A stretch of DNA of 37,899 nt, from positions 1-37,899 of the forward strand of contig LT649322.1 of NCBI GenBank assembly GCA_900128395.1, given 5' to 3'. Positions 1 through 8,967 of this stretch are shown one piece after another. The position numbers and the translations under genes were made by a program. The stretch's first letter is position 1. Each line of letters opens with the position of its first letter. Source of the stretch: Stramenopiles sp. TOSAG23-2. Its lineage: Eukaryota. The notes beneath the pieces are model-generated. The model worked only from the letters and a program-made list of their open reading frames with translations. It was not told the DNA's origin and searched no databases.

Positions 1-472
1 ACGCTGTTTCTGGAATTTATCAGATTTTTAATGCTCTATCTATGCTATTTAATGCTGTGTCCATCCTAAATTTCAGGTAGGTAAAGATTGATTAACTTTA
101 CTCACTATAGTCTTTTTTCCTATCAAAATGTTGTTAAGTAGGGTTTTCTGGATTTGAATTAAATCCATGACATAAATCGTCAGAAAATTGTTGAAAAAAA
201 TTGTTGAAAAAATAACGACGACGATTGTTAATATATCATCTATCTATGTATATCTTTCAAATTGTATTTTTCAAAAAATTTTAACCAAAAAGGAGATTAA
301 TGGTTTTGTAAGAAAAGGTATATATATATCCATCTCTATTACATTGTTCTATTAATTGGTTTCTTTGGTTTGTTTCATTTTTTTCGGTGGATAATTTTTT
401 AATTTTTTTTTAAATTTATATAATTATTATATTGCTAAAAAGATAAAACTACATAATATTCAAAAAAAAAAT

Positions 473-1507
473 ATGGCGAATGTTAGATTAATATGTCGTA
501 AAATTGGTATAACTTCTTCACGTGTCATTGAAAAGGCAAGTGAATTATACCGTATTAGCAAAATACGTAGGCCTGTGTTAGGTCGTGCAGAATTTGCAAG
601 GAGTGCACTGTGTGTTGATTGTGCATGCCGAGTATGTGATGAAACACCTCGAGATATAAACCATTTAATTAAATTAGGTGGTATTAATAAAACCATGTAT
701 AATAGTTTATTAGGACAATTTCAAACCTTATTAAATATACGAGTAAAAGCAGCGCATTCCACGCGTAGTTTGGCGATCCAATTTGGCGTGTCAAGCATGG
801 TGCCATTTATTGAAGCAACGTTAGCAACATTTAAAGAGCGTTTCATCAATTCATTAGCAGAGGAAAGGAAAGCGCATGTTAAATTTACTAGTCCAGCATT
901 TAAAGCTGCAGCATTTTTTCTATGTGCACAAAAACGTAAACGTGTATTGGATAAATATAAATTATTAAAATTAACAGCCGTTGATGCACATGAATTTAAA
1001 AGTACATGTAATGTTATGTTGTTACATTGTTTTGATACATTAGGTGTAGGAGAAAAAAAAGATTTAATTGCTATAACTGATCATCGTGAATTAATGGATA
1101 ATTGTAAAGTATCTAATATTAATCAAAGTAGTGAAGTTGAAAAAGAACGTGAATATCAAGAATGGAAAAAAAAAGTTTTAGAAAACCGTCGAGCAGGTAG
1201 TAGTAGTAGTAGTAGTAGCAGTACCAGTAACAAGAATATAATAAAGAAACGCAAGCAATTGTTAGATTCTAATAATAATAACGCAAATGATGAAAATGTT
1301 CCAAACAAAAAAAAAGTAAAACAAACAACATTATTACCTTTACCAGCAATGATGAAAGAAAAAGGAAATGATAAAATTGTTAATGAAAAAACGACGACGT
1401 CGAAGAAGAAAAAGGCAATAACAACAACAGATATTAATGTGAAAAGTAAAACCCAACAACCAACAATTGATGATTTTGTAAATGCTTTATTGCAGCATGG
1501 AAACTAA
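473..1507 (+). CDS. ORC6: Origin recognition complex subunit 6
   Basis: 344-aa ATG ORF. The N-terminal helical region is TFIIB/cyclin-like (KASELYRIS...ALCVDCAC...LAIQFG...F...AAAFFLCA), followed by the ORC6 C-terminal signature EYQEWKKKVL (cf. DYEEWKRKIL) and a low-complexity tail. Confidence 0.85.
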   Translation: MANVRLICRKIGITSSRVIEKASELYRISKIRRPVLGRAEFARSALCVDCACRVCDETPRDINHLIKLGGINKTMYNSLLGQFQTLLNIRVKAAHSTRSLAIQFGVSSMVPFIEATLATFKERFINSLAEERKAHVKFTSPAFKAAAFFLCAQKRKRVLDKYKLLKLTAVDAHEFKSTCNVMLLHCFDTLGVGEKKDLIAITDHRELMDNCKVSNINQSSEVEKEREYQEWKKKVLENRRAGSSSSSSSSTSNKNIIKKRKQLLDSNNNNANDENVPNKKKVKQTTLLPLPAMMKEKGNDKIVNEKTTTSKKKKAITTTDINVKSKTQQPTIDDFVNALLQHGN

Positions 1508-1644
1508 AAAAATAAAATATATATATAAAATGTGTATTTTAACATATCATATTAAATACGAGTATGTAATAACATCACATGTTATACATGTGTGATGTGT
1601 GGACTATTCCGCCTGTATCATTACCATATATTTTTATTTTTTTT

Positions 1645-3630
1645 TTACACACTACCACCTCTCCTAGCTTTTAAATAATAACGTAATGGTCTTGAATACC
1701 CTTCAATAGTTTGCATTTGATCCTCACTCAATGCTTCTTTTAAACTACGTACATTAGCCCATTCTGTACGTCTTTGTTCCTCTGTTGATAACGGTTCCGC
1801 GAAAAAAACTTTAATATTTATAAAGCCACTACGAGTTAACCAATGTTTCAATGTCGATATAGTTGGTAAAAAATATACACCTTTCATATTTGCATATTTC
1901 TTTTTTGGGAAAAGTGCAACATCTTCCTCACCTTCAATACCTTGACAATCAACAACAATTTCACCTTTTGATTTTAAACTAGAATTGATTTTACGCAACA
2001 TTCCAACTGGATCTGGTGTATGGTATAATACTCCAAGACAAAACACAACATCAAATGTTTGTGGAAATAGATCCATATGTTCACCTCGTAATAATTCAAA
2101 TTTCAAATTTTTTATTTTCGTAAAATGTTGAAAGACTTGATATTCAAGCCATGCATGTAAATTAGGATCAAGACCAATTAGAAATTCAGGTTTTTCATTT
2201 AACATCCTATATAAAAAATAACCATTGCCGCATCCAACATCACATATTACTTTTCCTTTTAACTTCGGCATGTGTTTTAATATTCGTTCCCATTTCCAAT
2301 CACTTCTCCATTCTGAATCAACGTTCACACCAAAAATATTCCAAGGTCCTTTTCTCCATGGCTTTAAATCTTCTAGCAAATCTTCAACTTGTGCTTTACT
2401 TTTCGTATCAATTGCATTTTCTAAACCAATTTCAATAATACTTTGATTTACAACTAAATGTTTTGTTGATGGTGCAACATTAATTTCCTTTAATTTTTTA
2501 GCAATATTATCATATCCATCCAACGTTTTCGGGTTTAATCTTCCTTTTTGATAAAATACAGTACGTCGAGCATTTATTATTTTCTCATAATTTCGATATG
2601 TACCATTTGATAATGTATTTAAATATCTAGCTTCAGAATCAAAGAATGAATTTAAATTTGGTGTCTTGGCAACACTTCTACTTTGTAATTTTCCACGTTT
2701 ACGTGCAATAATTGATAAGAAACAATTCCATTTAACACATGTTTGTACGAAATCAAATCCAGCTGAATATAAGGAATCAATAATTTGTTGTTCAGTATAT
2801 GGTATTAAAACATTTTCCAATGCATTTTTTTTATTTGCAATGTATTCTTTGGTGTAACCACGTCGATGTTTAAAATCTTCATATACATATACACATGTAT
2901 TTTGTATATCCTTATCCGGGCTACGTACTTTTTCACTAATAAATAATATACCATCTTCATTTAAGTTATCATAAATCTTATGCAATAATTCATCTCTATT
3001 TTCATATTTAACAAATTGCAAGGTATAATTTAATATGCATATGGATGCATTATTAATTGGAATGTTACAAATATCATCTTTGATAATTGTTATATTGTGA
3101 TCTGCTTTACCATATTCCAATTTCTTTTTACATTCATTTATCATAGCGTCTGATTCATCAATTCCAATTAAATTCAATACATGTTCTGAAGCTGGAATTG
3201 CTTGAATTATATAATCAAACGTCGTTCCAGTACTACATCCTAAATCATATATATTAGTATTTGGTTGGTAATATTTTGCTACCATGTATAATAAAAAATC
3301 AATTGTTTCTGAATATAATGGCACAGAACGAGAAACCATATCATCAAACACATCAACTACTTCTTTATTAAATCGAAATGGTTTTGGTCCTTGCTCTGGT
3401 TCATTATATAAATTATCAACTGCTCCAACTAAATTTAATGAATATCGTATATCAGCTGGTGGTGGACCAAGTTTCGCACCAATATCATTGTAATCATTTT
3501 TAACGTTTCTCGTATCATTTGAAAATTGTTTGGAAGAAAATTTTTGATATATATAATACGCTGATGTACTAACAGCTGCACCACATATGATACCCAAATA
3601 GAATGGTTGCGAAGATGAAGATGTATTCAT
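1645..3630 (-). CDS. cmoA-cmoB: Fused carboxy-S-adenosylmethionine synthase (CmoA) + tRNA 5-hydroxyuridine carboxymethyltransferase (CmoB), with N-terminal hydrophobic anchor
   Basis: First ATG at 3630 (MNTSSS, 661 aa; the track's 3705 start is non-ATG). CmoA motifs ~3400-2700: FRFNKEVVDVFDDMVSRSVPLY, YDLGCSTG, ILNYTLQF, LFISEK, FKHRRGY...ALENVL, AGF. CmoB motifs ~2690-1648: PWRKGPW, VDSEWRSDWKW, DVGCGNGY, FDVVFCLGVLYH, YANM, EEQRRTEW, TIEGY..P.R. Single uninterrupted frame. Confidence 0.92.
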   Translation of the reverse strand: MNTSSSSQPFYLGIICGAAVSTSAYYIYQKFSSKQFSNDTRNVKNDYNDIGAKLGPPPADIRYSLNLVGAVDNLYNEPEQGPKPFRFNKEVVDVFDDMVSRSVPLYSETIDFLLYMVAKYYQPNTNIYDLGCSTGTTFDYIIQAIPASEHVLNLIGIDESDAMINECKKKLEYGKADHNITIIKDDICNIPINNASICILNYTLQFVKYENRDELLHKIYDNLNEDGILFISEKVRSPDKDIQNTCVYVYEDFKHRRGYTKEYIANKKNALENVLIPYTEQQIIDSLYSAGFDFVQTCVKWNCFLSIIARKRGKLQSRSVAKTPNLNSFFDSEARYLNTLSNGTYRNYEKIINARRTVFYQKGRLNPKTLDGYDNIAKKLKEINVAPSTKHLVVNQSIIEIGLENAIDTKSKAQVEDLLEDLKPWRKGPWNIFGVNVDSEWRSDWKWERILKHMPKLKGKVICDVGCGNGYFLYRMLNEKPEFLIGLDPNLHAWLEYQVFQHFTKIKNLKFELLRGEHMDLFPQTFDVVFCLGVLYHTPDPVGMLRKINSSLKSKGEIVVDCQGIEGEEDVALFPKKKYANMKGVYFLPTISTLKHWLTRSGFINIKVFFAEPLSTEEQRRTEWANVRSLKEALSEDQMQTIEGYSRPLRYYLKARRGGSV

Positions 3631-4346
3631 TTTGTTTCTTTTAATATATATATATATTAAAATTATTAAAATGTAGAAAAAAAAAAAAAAAGAAGAGAAG
3701 ACCAAATTGAAAATAATTAAATAAAATTATTGTATCTTCCTTCTAATGCAGTAATCAATTGTTAAACGAACGATAGCTGATGGGAAAATCAACAGGATTG
3801 TGTGTTTTTAAATAGAATTTCTTATTGAACATGAAAACACATACAAGAAACGTGCAAACCGTATGCATATCTAATGTATAGAAATAATAAATAAATAAAT
3901 AATTTTTTTTGTGTTTTTTTTTTTTTTATGGTTTGTAATTTATTCTAATGCTGTGTACCCTGTATATAATATTTTAATAATTTTCTCTTTAATTACTACT
4001 ACTCATTCATTATTTTTGTTGTATCATCATATGTAGTTTATTTAGTGGCATTGCGCAAGTGTAAATACTCGTACGAACTTCGTAGTAGGGAAGAGACTTG
4101 GTCATAAGATATATATGACGTATATATAATGCGTAAATAAAATTATATAGATATATCATATATACTCTTGTATCTTTTTTTTTAACACATAAGAGAATTA
4201 TTTTTAATTTTTATATCTCTTTTCTCTGCTAGTGAAAAAAATCACAGAAAATACGTATGTTAAGGATTTCATATCTCTCTGACTATGATATATATCTGCA
4301 TATTATATATAAATTATATCTCATATCATACGCCGTGTATAAAAAT

Positions 4347-5399
4347 TTAAAATCTTCTTATACTATCAATTAATGCACGACTGCCATCACCAACAAGCAT
4401 TCGTTGATTCTTTCGTATCAATTTTTTTTTTCCCTTAGTAGTGCTATTATTATAAACATCTTGATCATCATTTAAATGATATAATAAATCTTCTGTATTT
4501 TTCACTAATAAATTGCTTAATGATGGCAATTCTTGTTCCACAGTTTCAGATAACATACCAACAAATCTTACGGAATATATTGTTGGACCTGGTCGTAATA
4601 CAGTTTTCATAAATTCAATTTTAACATATAAACATGGTACATGGCCTAGACGTATATTATTCATACGTCCTTTGGATAGAAATTTCACCGTTTTCGCTAA
4701 ACGTAATTTTTTTTTACTTTTTTCCTCTCCAACATAAATTTTTACACTATCGCAATCTTTATTATAAATATCAACAGTAGATAATAAAGATGGACCATCT
4801 GTAAATTTAAAAATTATATATTCAGTTGAAACACCAGTCGCTTGCCAAAATTTCTTTTTATTTAAAATTCTCAAATATTTCGCTTCTTTATTACATGCTT
4901 GGCTGGAATATTTAACAATAGAATATTTTAACTTTCCAAAACCTGTACGATCAGCATATGATCCTGGTGATGGGGGTGGTATTTCTTCAGACGACGATGG
5001 TGGTGGTATTAAAGATGATGATGATTTTTGATTTTTTTTCTGCTTAATATTATTATTATTATTATTATTATTATTATCCTTATTATTTGAAATGATTAAC
5101 CCTTGATAGGATATATCATGAAAGGTTTGATTTTCAACTTCATCAACATGTGTTGAAATACTAAATACTTGTTGATTTTGTGTTCGCAAGGTTCTGTCAA
5201 ATTTACGATTGACTGCATATGGATCATATTCCGATATTCGTGATGCATTATATGCCAACACTTGAGGGTCCAAAGGTTCATTTAAGACTCCTAATTTCGA
5301 AGATGGGTTCGTTTTTAAGTATGCCAACAATGGATCATGTCGTTGTTGTTGCGACGTTGATATTCCACGATATTGCGACGTCAATGCAAACGAACTCAT
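4347..5399 (-). CDS. Hypothetical protein with C-terminal galactose-binding-like beta-sandwich (XRCC1 N-terminal/IFT25/muskelin-N-like)
   Basis: 350-aa ATG ORF. The segment IVKYSSQ...EAKYL...FWQATG..EYIIFKF....LSTVDIYN....VKIYVG...YVKIEF...IYSVRFVG matches the pattern of discoidin/galactose-binding-like domains. N-terminal half is low complexity. Confidence 0.55.
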   Translation of the reverse strand: MSSFALTSQYRGISTSQQQRHDPLLAYLKTNPSSKLGVLNEPLDPQVLAYNASRISEYDPYAVNRKFDRTLRTQNQQVFSISTHVDEVENQTFHDISYQGLIISNNKDNNNNNNNNNIKQKKNQKSSSSLIPPPSSSEEIPPPSPGSYADRTGFGKLKYSIVKYSSQACNKEAKYLRILNKKKFWQATGVSTEYIIFKFTDGPSLLSTVDIYNKDCDSVKIYVGEEKSKKKLRLAKTVKFLSKGRMNNIRLGHVPCLYVKIEFMKTVLRPGPTIYSVRFVGMLSETVEQELPSLSNLLVKNTEDLLYHLNDDQDVYNNSTTKGKKKLIRKNQRMLVGDGSRALIDSIRRF

Positions 5400-5976
5400 T
5401 CTTTGGCGTCAAAAATATACATACATGTACTATATGGTATATCCTACAATTTATATCATGTTTTCCATCTCTTCTCCTGCAATTGTTTTTCATAATATTA
5501 TTTGTTTTTTTTTGTTATTTTTTAACGTTCTTCATCTTCTGGGGGGGGTAAAAATGATAATTAAGGTATAAAACAACAGGGGAAAATACCTTAGATATTT
5601 GTTGAAAATAAATTTGCATTTTAACATTACACAATGATAAAATAAGAAAGAGGAAACGTTCATTGTATTTCGGAAATTTCATACGTAAAAAATTAGTAAA
5701 AAGGGGTGACATATGGAAAATATGGAAACAGCATGCAGCCTTTTTTTTTTTTAAATTTTGAATCGTCGCTCCTAATTAGGATAATAATTATATTATACAA
5801 ACATAATACTTTATATTTATTAATAACTGTAGTAGTATAGATACATACATACATACATACATACATAGATCTGTAATTGTAAATATATTACTACGTATAT
5901 TGTATTTACAAAATAACTTTCTATATATTATTATTTGTTCGTGACATCAACTTATATTTTTAAAATAAAAAAAAAC

Positions 5977-8799
5977 ATGGAATTAGCGTTAAAAAGACAG
6001 GATTATTTTCAAGTCAATTCATGTTCCCACCGAGATACAATGGTGATATTGCCAAAGTCAAAAAAAGGCAGGCAGTATATAACAATTGGGGACGATTCTG
6101 GAGAAATAAATACATTCGATATGAAACGTGGTGAGAAAAAGCAGAAATGGAGAAGTATTGTTAACAACGCACCAAAAGAAGAAGGTGGAAGAAAAATTCA
6201 TGGTAATATCAAAAATCAAAATGCAGCAAGTGTTGAGAGTACAGAAATAACAGCTTTGTCCTTATCAGGTGTGGAGGAAGTTAAAATATATGTATCAACC
6301 GAGAATGATGTATATGGAATATCTACAAGCAAAGGCAAAGAGGCCGGTACTAGACATTTTGAATCGAATATGACTGAAGTAATAGAAAATTTAAACGTGC
6401 AACTGGACCAATATTGGACGTCTGGAGAATACGTATTTAGTATGCATGAATATGATAATGATGGTACTAATGAACAACCGTTTAAAGAACGTGTTTTCTA
6501 TTCATGCCAAGATAGAATTAATGATTTTGATATAAAAAAAATAACAGCAAAACCAAATAGTTTAAAGACTGGTATTTTAGGATGTGATGATGGCACCATT
6601 CGTACTGTTGATGGGAAAACAGGAGAATTAGCAGCTGAGGTTAATGTGAAAAAATCAGTCACTAGAATTTATATACCAAAAATGGTATCCAATGGGGTTG
6701 GTATAACTGAAGAAAACTATGTATCTTCCAATGATGTTATCTTCGGAACACGTCGAGGTAATATGGGTGCTATATCTTTCAATGCAGACAATGAAGCAAA
6801 AAAATTATGGGATGTAAAAGGAAAAAGGAAAAGTAATTCTATCAATAGCTCGCCTAAAGGTATACGACAAGCAGCTATTACATGCATTAAAGAGTATGAT
6901 ATGACAGAAGATGGTAGAAACGATTATATTGTAGGTAGGGAAGATGGATCGATCCAAGTTTATGTAAAACGTGATGAAGATTCAAAACCATTTGAAAACT
7001 TTCGTTCATCCGTACAAGAAACGATACAAACACTCGCTGCTGGGTTTATATCAAGCCCGGAAAATAAAGAAATAATTATAAATACGTTTTCCGGTCGTGT
7101 CATGTCCTTTAAAAATGAAAGAGATTTAATGGAAAAGGTTGTGAATAAAAAAGGCTACACTTCGACGGTTGGTGCTAAGGCAAAAGAAGAAACTTTACAG
7201 GGTTTAGATACAGAGTTGAAAGAATTGAGAAAAGAAGTACAAAAAGAGACGAAAAATTTAAGAAAACAAATGGGGACGGAGAAAAACAAAGATAGTAACG
7301 CATATAGTATTATAAGGTCATTAGATATGAAATTTAAAGTCAAAGTAGTATTCGATTTGTTACAAGATGATGCAGCATATAAATTAGGCATTGAATGTTC
7401 AACTCCGATTGAACAAATTATATTAAAAAGTGATATACCAGTTGACATTATGGATATGGACGACACGGAAACAATAGTATCCATAACAAATACAAATTCA
7501 CAACAGCGTGGTCCGCAACCCATACTAGCGACTTTTAGAAATGATCAGATGGAAGAAACTGGATTTATCAATGGCATGGGCCAAGATAACAATGGCGAGA
7601 CGGAAAGTAAAACTAAAAAAAGTAAATCGAAATCAAAAAAATCTGAAGAAATCACATATCTTAGGAAAAAAAATCCAATTACCTCAAAGCGAATGGAATT
7701 AAAAGTACGTACAGTGGAGGGACAAGCTGGCGCAATTACGTTATATGTAATACCAGCAAATAACGAAAATTTCCAAGACGAAGGGGATGAAATTAAATTT
7801 GGCCAAACTGCGCATAGTGTCACTATTGGTGTGATGCCTTTATCACTTCATTGTAGAACGGAACGGCCAAAAATACCAATAGAAAAAATGCCATTAAATA
7901 TTTTAGAACTGCAAGGGTACAGTTCAATAAACCAAGTGCATGAGTGGTTACGTAACATACTGCCAAATTTTCCGCGTCGAGCTATGGATCAGCAAAATCA
8001 GGCTTATTTCTATGAAAATAGTCTTGTGGGATCATTGCTTGCTATAGAATATCTGGATAACAAAGTTTTATTGTCATCCGATTCAATATCGACAATATCG
8101 ATATTGAAAGAGACCATTAATAGACTTGCAATGCGTGTAAATGTTCGGATTAGCTTATCTATCCGTATCAATGAAATGTCAGTTGTCCGCTTCTTAGCTT
8201 TGGTTGAGCCAAAGCTACAAGCTCAGTTAGGCTTGGCAACAAAAATAAAATGGTTAGATGGCTTAGCAGAGGTTACAGGTGGTGGAAACCCGTCATATTT
8301 ATCAACTGAATTACGTAATACATTAAACAATGCAAAACAAATTAAATATGACTTTAAAAGAAGTGCAAAATTTATACAATTTTGGTATGGTGTAATTACC
8401 GATTTGTACATCGATTTAAATCGTTGCCGTGGTGTAAATGCTTCTCATAACATCCCAAATTTGATGAATGCTTTGGAAAATTTTAACATGGACAATATCT
8501 TAAACTTTTTTGGAGTTAAACGTGGAGATATAGATAAACATTTCGAACAGGCTGAAAAAGATAAAATGGAAATGAAATTAATGGAGAAAAAGCGCCGAAA
8601 GGAGCGCAAGAAGAAGAAGAAGAAAGAGAAAGAGAAAAAGTTACAGAATCGAAATAATAATGATGAAAAAAGTATGAGTGGTGGAGGTGACCAACAATTC
8701 GGTGAAAAGGGAAATAATGATAAAGGTGTTGAAGAAGAAGAAGATATTTCAAAAAGAAATGAAGATACTAATAATACAAATGGTAAAAAGAAGAAGTGA
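5977..8799 (+). CDS. BBS7: Bardet-Biedl syndrome 7 protein (BBSome subunit)
   Basis: ATG at 5977 gives MELALKRQDYFQV, which resembles the BBS7 N-terminus MDLxLxRxDYxQV. Beta-propeller motifs (DMTEDGRNDYIVGREDGSIQVY, IINTFSGRV), a coiled coil, then RMELKVRTVEGQAG, PLSLH.R, HEWL...LP, SDSISTISILKE and YGVITDLYID. Extra K/E-rich tail. Confidence 0.93.
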   Translation: MELALKRQDYFQVNSCSHRDTMVILPKSKKGRQYITIGDDSGEINTFDMKRGEKKQKWRSIVNNAPKEEGGRKIHGNIKNQNAASVESTEITALSLSGVEEVKIYVSTENDVYGISTSKGKEAGTRHFESNMTEVIENLNVQLDQYWTSGEYVFSMHEYDNDGTNEQPFKERVFYSCQDRINDFDIKKITAKPNSLKTGILGCDDGTIRTVDGKTGELAAEVNVKKSVTRIYIPKMVSNGVGITEENYVSSNDVIFGTRRGNMGAISFNADNEAKKLWDVKGKRKSNSINSSPKGIRQAAITCIKEYDMTEDGRNDYIVGREDGSIQVYVKRDEDSKPFENFRSSVQETIQTLAAGFISSPENKEIIINTFSGRVMSFKNERDLMEKVVNKKGYTSTVGAKAKEETLQGLDTELKELRKEVQKETKNLRKQMGTEKNKDSNAYSIIRSLDMKFKVKVVFDLLQDDAAYKLGIECSTPIEQIILKSDIPVDIMDMDDTETIVSITNTNSQQRGPQPILATFRNDQMEETGFINGMGQDNNGETESKTKKSKSKSKKSEEITYLRKKNPITSKRMELKVRTVEGQAGAITLYVIPANNENFQDEGDEIKFGQTAHSVTIGVMPLSLHCRTERPKIPIEKMPLNILELQGYSSINQVHEWLRNILPNFPRRAMDQQNQAYFYENSLVGSLLAIEYLDNKVLLSSDSISTISILKETINRLAMRVNVRISLSIRINEMSVVRFLALVEPKLQAQLGLATKIKWLDGLAEVTGGGNPSYLSTELRNTLNNAKQIKYDFKRSAKFIQFWYGVITDLYIDLNRCRGVNASHNIPNLMNALENFNMDNILNFFGVKRGDIDKHFEQAEKDKMEMKLMEKKRRKERKKKKKKEKEKKLQNRNNNDEKSMSGGGDQQFGEKGNNDKGVEEEEDISKRNEDTNNTNGKKKK

Positions 8800-8967
8800 G
8801 TTGTGCTTGTTTGACAACACTCTTATACAAGAAATAAATCAGACGCAACAGTCATGTGTGCATGTAGATAATACGAGTATCATATGATACGAATTGTACA
8901 CTAATATCGACATATATATTTAATAAAATCTCATATCATATGATATGATACACGCGTTTTTATTTTT

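Noticed and set aside
1645-3705. cmoA-cmoB as bacterial contamination or a prokaryotic operon
   Set aside because: Flanked by eukaryote-specific genes with matching AT-rich composition, microsatellite-laden spacers and an added N-terminal anchor; no ribosome-binding site or operon context. Only read data can fully exclude a chimera.
3631-3705. Track-proposed upstream TTG/GTG starts (also 5935, 13389, 25462, 32294)
   Set aside because: The extensions translate homopolymer/AT-rich UTR sequence; the first in-frame ATGs with A-rich context match the family N-termini.
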